Below are positions 48,801 to 58,265 of a DNA stretch of 64,000 nt, one piece after another. Both the position numbers and the translations under genes were made by a program. The DNA comes from Halocafeteria seosinensis (Eukaryota), in NCBI GenBank assembly GCA_001687465.1, contig LVLI01000172.1, positions 248,001-312,000 of the forward strand, in the 5' to 3' direction. Positions within the stretch are counted from its first letter, which is position 1. Every line of letters starts with the position of its first letter. The notes below the pieces were generated by a model, which worked only from the letters and a program-made list of their open reading frames with translations, was not told the DNA's origin and ran no database searches.

Positions 48801-49791
48801 TAAGCCAATCACCCAAACTGATCAACGTGAAGTGCCATCAGCCGTCGATATCTCCCAGTCTGCATCAGCGTTTCGCCAACAAGTGTGTTATCCAGGTGAA
48901 GAGCTAGAGGCATTGTCTTATCCCAAAGGGAATTGTACCGTGTTAGACCGTCCTCGAATGGAAGAACGTTCCCCTCACAAGTTCTCTACTACCGGGAGCA
49001 AACGAGAACCATCTCAAACAACTGTGATTCAACACATTCGCCCTTTTGACTCTAAATCCACGGAATTCCAGGAGAGTCTTCAGGCCGACAATCTCACAAA
49101 CACCAAATGTTTGTGCCCCCAAGTGGATAATGAAAGTGCCAATCACCTTCCACAGCTTATTACCCCAACTTCCAGTCCAGGTATACGCAATGGTAGACAT
49201 TTTTGCCAACTAATACGTTTGGGCGGCGGCTTACAGCGCTCACGATTTTGCGGTAATAGTAATCCAAATCTATCGCCTGTGGACGGCTCAATGACTTCGT
49301 TTAACTACGGCCAATGCTCTTGGGACCTCGAAGGCACATATAAAAGCAACTCGAACGATCATCTGGAACGTGGGAATAGCTGGATGGCCATTTTCGTGAT
49401 GGCTGCATTCGGCAGTTTCACCCTGCTTTGGCGTCTTGTGTCTCGGATTTGGTACTCTTTGCGCCAGCCGTGGGGAATTGCCAGCCCTTCCTCAGAAGAA
49501 CCCGAGGCTGAATCGTCGCCCGTACGAATGAGTATCGACAGAAAACAGCATAATTGGAGATGGGAAAAGGACGTACACGGAGAATACCGCATGTCGAACG
49601 GGGACGCTGAAGCAGCACGAAAAATTGGTGTGTTATTTGAAGATGATAGGGAAAACCCTCACTTCGGTACGCCCTACGCAGCTCAGCGCTCATCTTCCAG
49701 GAGTGCATCCAAACGAGTGCAATTATATTCTACGGCAAGAAGCCGAAGAAGCAGTTCCGTTTCGAAGCGCAGGATCCCGAAACGGAAATGA
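45826..49791 (+). CDS. Large basic repeat protein (1321 aa) with two TM helices (paralog B)
   Basis: Intronless ORF sharing YLRxxxSWTTVTITEF, (H/R)(K/R)AQVYG motifs, two TM helices (~48733-48795, ~49381-49440), SPVxM and an RS-rich tail with the upstream gene. Confidence 0.85.
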   Translation: MDFLDFETRYQTPTKKERRLNRKHSHNNSFIQPTYSSRAKSRGASPEADEVGSGAQPHPKRTHSARAPSRGEPQRELTPTRNGGYSFTDQHTVGGYAQPTLASRAKSVPRKRGSSSVEETLGSPSHYIRCEGCRRFHEKVEDHDADNESTNGTHEEGHGPHEEHIHAAVPTAAPRLRKAPVKKPKPPIQKKLNYERAGNGAQEANNLDSASSDDEAVYAGALTYEETIIVEAVSYLRRLHSWTTVTITEFIRRSYVLAESRYVSHKEYAINILHHLFTLSGLLDVTPPPSEQVPYKGTEKDINRVVEHYFSGYVDKLVEEQERNVNHDHEQENIEKQAAIHDLFQHLIEGMKKEKVQSFLKTSVLRRRQTLLLAVKRKELREKILAAKQHYQRALAYHFLRETIVRRRTLVEEQERFINHDHEQENVEKQAAIHDLFQHLIEGMKKAKVQNFLKTSVLRKRQRLMLAIKRKQLREKILAAKQHCQKALAYHFLRETIVRRRTLVEEQERFINHDHEQENVEKQAAIHDLFQHLIEDMKKEKVQSFLRTSVLQRRQTLLLTIKRKQLREKILAAKQHCQKALAYHFLRETIVRRRTLVEEQERFINHDHAQGNIDKQAAIHDLFQHLIEGMKKAKVQNFLKTSVLRKRQRLMLAIKRKRLREKILAAKQHCQKALAYHFIRETVVRRREERVVVEHIRKAQVYGVLKKYVTVKQTQIRTREILIRDHLGKISHMVRSEQICTLIHKTALRRRKYRIQTALVYATLKRYLHRRRAKQDMFKRIARARVHMCRALVFGTLSRYGLRIRRTIANRNLRYKTVLDRLKKIVNKARICSVIRRYALLRRNEAARKDKTCKRVSGLISRSRVRSFVLRVVVLKRKYVLLKRRAALRADILRAAQHVHRAQVYGALGAFMQQKRREAIKNTLVKAFDNVHRAQVYDIMLKYARRRKLLKSLTKNQLTTRARFRIVRPAFWIFVFLALFCSVVLYFSVLDHKPITQTDQREVPSAVDISQSASAFRQQVCYPGEELEALSYPKGNCTVLDRPRMEERSPHKFSTTGSKREPSQTTVIQHIRPFDSKSTEFQESLQADNLTNTKCLCPQVDNESANHLPQLITPTSSPGIRNGRHFCQLIRLGGGLQRSRFCGNSNPNLSPVDGSMTSFNYGQCSWDLEGTYKSNSNDHLERGNSWMAIFVMAAFGSFTLLWRLVSRIWYSLRQPWGIASPSSEEPEAESSPVRMSIDRKQHNWRWEKDVHGEYRMSNGDAEAARKIGVLFEDDRENPHFGTPYAAQRSSSRSASKRVQLYSTARSRRSSSVSKRRIPKRK
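46773..47888 (+). repeat. Four tandem 279-nt (93-aa) coding repeats
   Basis: Units begin actggtaga(a/g)gaacaagaaaga at 46773, 47052, 47331 and 47610 and are highly similar at the DNA level. Confidence 0.95.
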
Positions 49792-50608
49792 GACGCAGCA
49801 GGTCCCCATAGAGACCGACGCAATATCGAAAAGAAAGATCGGCTTCTCCCATCCCCATGCAAACCTATAGTATTATCCATGAACCAGACAATGAGCATCT
49901 AGGAAGTAACCACTAGCGAATTTTCTACCGCGCTATGGCGAGGGTTGCGCGTGTGTCTGATAAACTCAGAGCAAGCGGAAGAGGAAATTCGGTAGTAAGA
50001 CCAGAAAGTAAACGATGGTCGGAATCAGGACTCATCTTCTCTATTTGTTCGACTCTGTGACGATGTTGAGGCTGGCTATCTCGGTCCGTCCAGAGGTGAA
50101 GACTCGCTCTACAATTTGAGAAGCCCGTTTACCAATCCTCCAGTCATTGGCTCCCGGTATTCTAGTCCATGAAGCATCAGCTGGTCATGAGTAGAGCGAC
50201 TTGGTTTTGTTGTACCGGAATGATGCCAATCCTGTCTACGGTACCACCAAGCATGTGTCATCGTTTGATACAAAGATGAAGATTCGACGGTCTGGAAACG
50301 TGGGAAAATGGCCAATGAGCCCAAGAATGGAGTCTCACTGGATGGCGCCGATTGCTTCCAATTTTCCAATATATTTTCCCTGTATACAGTAAAACAATGT
50401 TTGTCGCACCGAAGATATGAAATACGGATTGTTGCCCACAACTTGTTGCCAAACTTGTAACCTAGTAGCTTGGTCACCTTCACATCGACTTTCACAAACG
50501 TCACTTGCGTACCATGGAATTCTAGGCTACCCTATAGCGAGTTTTCCCATCACTGTTTGTTGTATCGTGGTATATGACAATACATGACTGCGAGCATAAG
50601 GTAGGGTA

Positions 50609-51940
50609 ATGCTTCATCGATTGGGGAACTTACGAGGAGTGCTGGCTCAAGCTCCAAAAGCGCGTACACGTGCTTCGTGTCTCTGGCGTATACGATGTCT
50701 TTCTGGAACAAGTGACCAGGATGAGACCGGTATTGCATTTCCGGTAGTGGATGAAGACGAGTCGCCTGATAGTAAACTGGAGAAGGATTTGTACAAGCGG
50801 CGAATCAGAAGGTACACTCGGCGAAAGCGACCATTGCCTCTACACTACAGTGAAGATGCCGAAAGAGTGGTCCACGACGAGAAAAAGTTGCTGATGAAAG
50901 AAGATAAGTTCCGATTTGGTTGTACGGGATGTGGCATGTGCTGCCGTGATTATGCCGCAAGTGTTACACTCGATCCCTATGATCTCTTCCGGATGAGACA
51001 GAAAGTAGACTTTGGTATTCACGATTCCAGATGTAGACACGGATTGGGTATGTTTTCCAAAGATGCTCTTGGTGGTTTGGAGCACGTTCTTTCCGATGAT
51101 TCCCGGATTCCAGCTACTTCGAGGAAAGGGGTAGCTCCTGTCATGTTCCTGAATACTGTCACCCATGCCGACGGAGCTACATGGTGTGGGTTCGCGGACG
51201 TACTCGAAAATCAGGAGGTAACTAAGACGGGTTCTAATGACCCGGTTGCGCTGTGCTCATTAGGTCCTGCTCATATGCCATTGACATGCGCTTTATACCC
51301 GCTTGGTGAAATCAGCACGAATTATGCCAGTTCCTCACAGAATGGGATGGAAAGGGAGTCCCGATCGAATCAATATCTACCCAGTTTATCCAAGTTTGCT
51401 TGCCAAGAAGCATCCATTCAGTTGGGCAAAGGAAGGGGACAGTTTTCTCTAGATCATAAGTGCTGCGAAGGTGTCTATAGCACGGATAAACCGAAACTTT
51501 CAAAGAGTGGTACTACGGAGAAGCGATTGGACGAGCATTCACTCTGGAACAACGTGGACGCGTACTTGTCCGAAAAGGACTATTTACAGCGAAAAATTTA
51601 TGCAGATTGGTTTCGCTGTTTGACTACTACAGTAGGATGTGCGGGTATCGATAGACGTTTGATGACGTTATCTCGCTATACCGGGAGACATACCATCCAA
51701 TCGTGGAGTGAAATTGTAGAGCGCTATTTCAACCTCTTGCGAAATATATGGTATGGTCCGATGAATGAAAATGAATGGGAGTACATTTTCTCTAGAATTG
51801 ACCAGGATTCGTTCGAAGTCGTTGTCGAGTTGGAGAAGTCACTGAGAGTGGTTGAGTCCGGTGCCGTATCCAGTGATCAGTCAATGGACTGCATTTCTGG
51901 ACGTTTGAAGCAACTAGAGAAACAGTATTGCGTGGGATAA
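50609..51940 (+). CDS. YkgJ-family CxxCxxCC cysteine-cluster (putative Zn/Fe-S) protein with mitochondrial-type presequence
   Basis: FRFGCTGCGMCC..VTLDPYDL, later C..L and PLTCALYPLG, then CEG. Arg-rich, acid-poor N-terminus; intronless. Confidence 0.75.
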   Translation: MLHRLGNLRGVLAQAPKARTRASCLWRIRCLSGTSDQDETGIAFPVVDEDESPDSKLEKDLYKRRIRRYTRRKRPLPLHYSEDAERVVHDEKKLLMKEDKFRFGCTGCGMCCRDYAASVTLDPYDLFRMRQKVDFGIHDSRCRHGLGMFSKDALGGLEHVLSDDSRIPATSRKGVAPVMFLNTVTHADGATWCGFADVLENQEVTKTGSNDPVALCSLGPAHMPLTCALYPLGEISTNYASSSQNGMERESRSNQYLPSLSKFACQEASIQLGKGRGQFSLDHKCCEGVYSTDKPKLSKSGTTEKRLDEHSLWNNVDAYLSEKDYLQRKIYADWFRCLTTTVGCAGIDRRLMTLSRYTGRHTIQSWSEIVERYFNLLRNIWYGPMNENEWEYIFSRIDQDSFEVVVELEKSLRVVESGAVSSDQSMDCISGRLKQLEKQYCVG

Positions 51941-52163
51941 TGTCAACACAAGTGAGCCCTAGGAAGTTCTTGATCCCTTATAAACAAGCCTTATATTGCA
52001 CGTTGGGGTTCATTGCGAGCAATCGTTGAACATGCCAGGACTTCACATGGCAACTTCAACAGACCGAGGGAGGCGTAACTTTTGTCGACATATTTTCCGT
52101 CACTTTGTGCTATGTCAAGACGATTTTCATTTACAACTGAGGTAGATTTTTCCTCTCCCAATT

Positions 52164-52502
52164 GTTGTACAATTCCTACCGTTGAATTGCGGAACTCTAG
52201 CGCTGTGAGTTTCACAGCTGTTCGCTTAGGAGCTGCGACATTACCGTACGTGAGCTCAGCACAGAGCGCAACTATACCGAAGGATTCCTTCAATGCGCAT
52301 CTAAATCTGCCCTCGGAAGCAGTAATGCCGGTAAGCGGTTGTACAATTCCGAGCGTTGAATCAGCGCTGTGAGTTTCACAGCTGTTCGCTTAGGAGATGC
52401 GACATTACCGTACGTGAGCTCAGACAGAGCACAACTTTATGGAAGGATTCCTTCAATGCGCATCTAAATCTGCCCTCGGAAGCAGTAATGCCGGGAAGCG
52501 GT
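52164..52502. repeat. Intergenic imperfect tandem duplication (~174 nt + ~165 nt)
   Basis: gttgtacaattcc...gcgctgtgagtttcacagctgttcgcttaggag...ccctcggaagcagtaatgccgg occurs twice, starting at 52164 and 52338. Confidence 0.9.
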
Positions 52503-52828
52503 CAATACAGAGAAAGGGTTGAAGTGAGGCGGTGCGGAGTTGCGATCCCGTATTATGGGTAGGTTGTCGGACCCCGTATTATGGAACCTTCTATAGGTTA
52601 CGACCAGCACCTTGAAGGAAGGTGCGAGCCGCGTCCAAGAGACCGTCATGGGTTCTCTCTGGATCGTTTCTCATGCTTTAATTTGTTGCACATCAATGAA
52701 TGGATCAGATAGTTCATGCGTGCACAGGGTGAGCCAACTCCAACTTGCGTATCACAGCGACGTCATACACGCGCCACTGTTTAGGACAATTTATCCCTTG
52801 ATATAGAGTGCACGGACACGGGAGAAAG

Positions 52829-55484
52829 ATGTCTGAAGGGCACAATCAAAATGCCAGTGATACTGTCGCTTCTGGTACCACCAACACCGCCGGCACAGTT
52901 GGTGAGGCTTCGATTACGGTTGAGTCGGAAGCACCAAGTGCCGAAGCTGAGATAGAAATACCGACGACGGATAAGAAGCCAGCAGAGGATCAGAAAATTC
53001 ACAGCACTGGATCCACCGATGTTGCAAATAAACAGCAAAGCAGTGACCAGCAGGAGCAAACGTACTTGGATAAGAGCTTGATCAATTGGACTGTGGAAGA
53101 TGTTTGCGCGTGGGCCAAATCGGAAACCGCCTTGCCTGACAGAGTGATAGAAAAGTTACTGGAACATCGATTCACCGGTCCGATGTTGACGCAACTTACT
53201 GAGAGAAGATTACATGGCTTTGGAGCAGATGATGAAGATGCTCGCCATGCTGAAAATGCCATCGACACGTTGCTGACTATGAAAGCGAAGGAAGATCCGA
53301 TTCAAGACGCACAAGCGTTGACAAAGTGTACACAGTTACGACGTGGCTGGAAACACCGTAGGGCAACTCTCACTGAAGCTCCACGTAAGTTTCTCGTATC
53401 CATTTTTTGCTGATGCTTTAGTTGCTGATTGCTGTTTGTTTGCAGCTCCGAGGCTTAGCAGTGACGAGGAAGCAGAGAAAAAGCCGGAAAATCACCCATC
53501 CCGAGAACGGCGATGGGGAAATCCGATAGAATTCGCGTTGGCCCTCGTCAGTTACGCGGTTGGGCTCGGTAACATATGGCGGTTCCCTTACCTTGCGTAT
53601 TCGAACGGCGGAGGAGCGTTTTTGATTGTGTACCTTATATTCCTAGTGTTCTTGGGGTAAGTAATTAACTAACTTACTCGTTCGCGGGGATGCGTTTATG
53701 CCAATCTCGTGTGTACAGGATTCCTATATTCGTGATGGAGCTTGGACTGGGCCAGCTGTTCCAGGTTGGAGCAGTCCAATTATGGGCTATGATTCACCCG
53801 AGACTAGCAGGTCTAGGCTTATCTTCCATTTTCGTTGCCTCTATTGTCTCCATATACTATAATGTGATCATCGCATGGGCACTCTTTTATCTCGGAAACT
53901 CTTTTCGCTCGCCATTGCCATTCGGCAATGACCCAGAAGCATACTGGTTTGATAATACGTTAGATGTTAGCGAAAGTGTTAACAACTTAGGAGATGTTGT
54001 GTGGCCGACGTTTGGAACATTGATCCTAGCTTGGATTTTAGTTTTCCTCATCATTTTTCGAGGAGCACAGAGCACCGGGAAAACAACATACTTTACTGCA
54101 ATTTTCCCGTATATTGTGATGATAATACTTCTCGTTCGAAGCACAATGCTGGATAATGCTGGAGAGGGGATTCGTCTGTTTTTTGAGCCTAAGTTTGACA
54201 AATTGGGGGATTTCAATGTTTGGATAGCTGCTGCTACTCAGGTAAGCAAAGGATGCTTGAAAAGGTCCAGTATGAGAATCCGTAATAGTCGTTACACCAT
54301 TGGAAATTCGACGGTGTTCCGCTGTTGTTGCAGATTTTCTACAGTCTCGGCATCGGATGGGGAGCTTTGATTGCTTTTTCTAGTTTTAACAGCAAGAAGC
54401 ACGACTTTATTAGAGATGCATACATTGTGTCAATCGTAAATGCATGCACTAGTTTTCTCGCTGGAACAACTGTTTTTGCTGCCGTAGGCTTTCTTGCAAA
54501 ACAGCAGGGGAAAGATGTCTCAGAAGTTGCAGCTTCAGGGAGTGGTCTTGCGTTCGTGATCTTCCCCGAAATCCTGTCTCAGTTTCCAGTACCCCAATTG
54601 TTTTCCGTTTTATTCTTCTTGATGATTGGCACCCTAGGTGTTGGTTCGGAGTTTTCCATGGTCATAGCAGTGAGGTACGTGACGATCCTATGTATGCGTA
54701 GTCTATTGGAAGTTTTCGACACCGTTGGTCCTTCGCTTACTTGCCCAGGAACGGGATCATCCAGTCACCTTCCTTGAAATGGCTCACGTCGCTTCTATCC
54801 CCGTTCACAATTTCTGCACTCTTATGCGTCGTATTTTTCTTGATAGGAATTATCTTTGTGACGAATGGGGGTTTCTACTTGTTAAATCTTGTAGATCAAA
54901 CGGCCGCTGCCATTACGCTGGTGGTGGTAGTGCTGGTAGAATTATACGCAGTTATCATGATATATGGCCGTGAGAAGTTTGTGCAGCAATGTCTCGCCAT
55001 GACTGGCAAGCCTATTCCGAAGATAATTCAATGGGCTTGGTATACTACTTGCCCAGTGCTACTGTGCGTGATCGTCATTGGAGTGCTCGTCCAATATCCT
55101 CAGGGAAATTACGAGCAAGTTGGATGTATCGAAGGCGTAACCGCCACCGGAGAATGCACGGAAGTTGATTGGTTGGTGCCATTGGCTTACGTCATCAGTT
55201 TTGTATCATTAGTCCCTGCTGTGGGATTGATGATCAAGAACTGGTACAAGCCGAGGCCCCAAATCAAAGCTGCCCAGGCAATTGAACAACAACGAGAGGA
55301 TCGGCTGGCCCAGTTAGAGTATGGCAAAGTTCATAGGTTCGATGAGCCTAGGAGTAAGATACAAGAAAAGCTACGGCAAAGGGGGAGGAGGATACAGAAG
55401 ATATGCGCTGCGAGGATTGGCACGGATCAACAGTGTAATCAAAGGGCTGACGGAAAATCAACTTCGCAACCGAAAGAAGTATAG
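52829..55484 (+). CDS. SLC6/NSS sodium-dependent amino acid or osmolyte symporter with N-terminal SAM domain
   Basis: Exons 52829-53384, 53446-53656, 53719-54241, 54334-54674, 54749-55484. NSS signatures [36 protein letters not shown] and [14 protein letters not shown]-like [10 protein letters not shown]...[14 protein letters not shown]. Confidence 0.88.
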
Positions 55485-55539
55485 GTTCAAATGTTACCGT
55501 ACAGAATGACCGATCTACCTGGTATTCATGCCTACAAAT

Positions 55540-57911
55540 CTACGCCTGTCTATTCTGTTGCTTCATGAGACGAACCTTAGCAGCGTCTACATACATCTCT
55601 TCCAAAATTTGTTTCGGATCCTCATCGTCTGCTTTTTGGCGGGGACATGGAAGGTCAGGCCTCCGCGGTTTCTCAGCTTCTGCAGGCATTTGCCGCTCAT
55701 CTTTAGTTTGCTTCTGCATCGCACGACTTTTATCGTTTTGCTTTATCTGCTTCTCATGTGGGTCATCCTTCAGGTGCGGTTGCTGGTCTTTCTTTGTGTC
55801 TTTAGGTTCTGTGCGTTGTTTGAGATTCACTGTGGGTCTCTGGTTTGAGCTCTGCCGTGAGGTAAAACGAGTGTCTTCTTCTTGTCGTTCCTTCCCAGTT
55901 GGGTTTGGTGATTCCTTATCTGCTGAAGATTGCTTTAGTAGTTCCTTCAGCGCGCCGGGATTAGCACGGAATCTAGCTGGGCCAGAAATACCACGTAGTC
56001 CACTTTCACTTTGTTGTTGCATTGATTGTTCCCGGATCCGTAGGAATTCCTCCTTTTGTTCCTGTAACTTTCGCTTGCGCTCTTCCTCTTGACGCTTCTT
56101 TGCTTCTTCCTCTTGACGCTTATCTTCCTTCGTTTCTTCATCCACTTCCAGAATTTTGGCAACTTTAAATGGAAGCAACTCGTGAGGAATGCATGGCTTC
56201 TGGAAACTTTCATTAACCTCTACCAACGGTTTCAGCATTTCAGCAAAGTAATCTGCTGCCTTGGGCACGTCCACTGCAATGTCGTCAAGAAATTCCAACA
56301 CATTTAAACAAGCTGTAACCACCGCTGAGCGATCAAGTAAGGAGGCGTAGAGATATACAGGTTCTTCGAGTTCTTCTTCAAGTCCTTGTTCTTCTTCAAC
56401 GGCCTTTGTCACATCGTAATTCTGCGGTATCATCAATGCTTTCAACGCCTCACCCACGATGGACTTATCTTCATCCCAGTCGCAAGCACTCTCTAGTAGC
56501 TGTTCGATTATGACCATTCTTCCGTACTGTAACGCTAAATGGGGCTTATCGATGCGGTCGTCTTCCGTCTCGTAAAGAGGTGCCGCTATATCTTGCTCAG
56601 TGACGGAAAACGATTCCTCCGATGGCCTTATCAACTTTACCATACCGAGGAAATGTTGAAGCTCGTGAGCAAGTCGTAAATCCTGCAAAGAAGTGTAAAA
56701 GATGTGTGCGATGAAGCACTGACGATTTTAGCCATGGGGTAGGTAAAAACGCTAATAAACCCATCAATACAACGTGGGACCCAACATTGGGCCAAACCGG
56801 GACTTTCACAGTGCAAGCAAAACGCCCGTACTGTTTCCATCACCGGTCACCACGTCGTCTACTATAGCATTGGCATGAAAACCACAAAGCTACCATTGGA
56901 GCAGTAAGTGGCCGATATTACAATGCAGGCAACAACTTGGATGCTCCACACAAAGTGGGACGGGAAGCGAGCAATGGGAGACACTATGCCTTACCTCTAT
57001 TATACCTTTCGCTCTCTCCTTAATCTCGTTCTTAGACAGCTCCTGGCTCTCTAACGGGGGAACAAGATCGACATCTTCGCCAATAGCTTTCTTTGGCGGC
57101 TCTTGTTCCTCTTCCTCATCCATAGTGTCTGCTTCCACTGGCGCACCCCACACGGTCGCCTTCTGTTGCGTTCCATCATCTTCCCGCTCTCCCTCTTGTC
57201 TGTGCGGCGTTAAGGAATCAATCCATCATTCGAACATATGATTTTCAGTACTTCTCAACATAGACATCAAACATACCCAGGACCACGGTTGCCCTTCAAA
57301 CTGGGAAATTGTGCAACGCTATTTAAGTTTGGTTTCCTTGCTCCCATAGCTGAGCGTCGAGCTCCCATCCACGTGAGTTTAGAGGGTTCCGGAGTTGTCT
57401 CAGCTTGAGACTCGGTATTTTCATTCTTCTTGGCCGTTTGCTTGGAGCGTTTCTGTACTTCTTGAATTCTTGCTCTGTAAACATACAACCACAGGGCATT
57501 GAATTGAATTCCCACCAACTAAAGAAAAAGTTCAAAATGACTCCCAACCTACCGAAATTCTTCCTTTTCAATTCGGGTTTTCACGTCTTCCTCTTTATCA
57601 CTGCATTACAACACACACATCCATTACGTACAGTGAAAAAGACAGAAAATACAAGCAAAATAAAGCATGTCTTCATCTACGCAAGGTGCCTGTTCACACC
57701 GATGGATCAAGAATTGGAGGACATACCTGCTTTGCAAATCCTTGACTTGGATCTTCGGGGCTCCCGAGGGAGCGCTTTCTTCTGGTATATTCCATCCGGC
57801 GGTATTCTCCTTCTGTTTATTGCTATCATCGTCGCTCTTCTTCTTGGACGAGGACTTTTTCCCCTTCTTTTTCAAGAAGGACTGTAAGGCGTTTTTCTTT
57901 GCTTCGGACAT
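55540..57911 (-). CDS. CDV3-like N-terminus plus MA3/MI-like domain protein
   Basis: Multi-exon gene (ORF pieces 57911-57624, 57518-57267, 57153-56890, 56688-55540). ALQSFLKKKGKK and PNLNSVAQFPSL resemble CDV3; VLEFLDDIAVDVPKAADYFAEML resembles MA3. Not all exon boundaries resolved. Confidence 0.6.
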
Positions 57912-58265
57912 ACTGGCCTGCTTTTATTGCTTATTCCAATATGACTCTAGTGAAAGCAGAAAATCGGCTCTACATCACCGTCGTATCGAGTAAACAAGGC
58001 CCAAAAAGGGGTGGGTGTCAGCAGCCTTCGTCCATAAGTAGGCGAAAAGTTTGTTTGGTTCGACAAATGATTGTTGCTTCTGTACTTGGCTAAACGGCGT
58101 GTTATGTTGAGAGAGAATTGAGTCAATATACTACAGATACGCTGCATTGAATACCATGGACGGGATAGGTGGTATGTGCGCTGTTGTCTCGCGTGTACCA
58201 TGTGCATGCAGCGCGTAAACGACACACCCACACCGTTTTGTTGAAGTTTGAGTAACGAGGGAACC

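Noticed and set aside
49900..50520. Possible small minus-strand gene (131-aa ORF with non-ATG start)
   Set aside because: No convincing start, splice model or motif.
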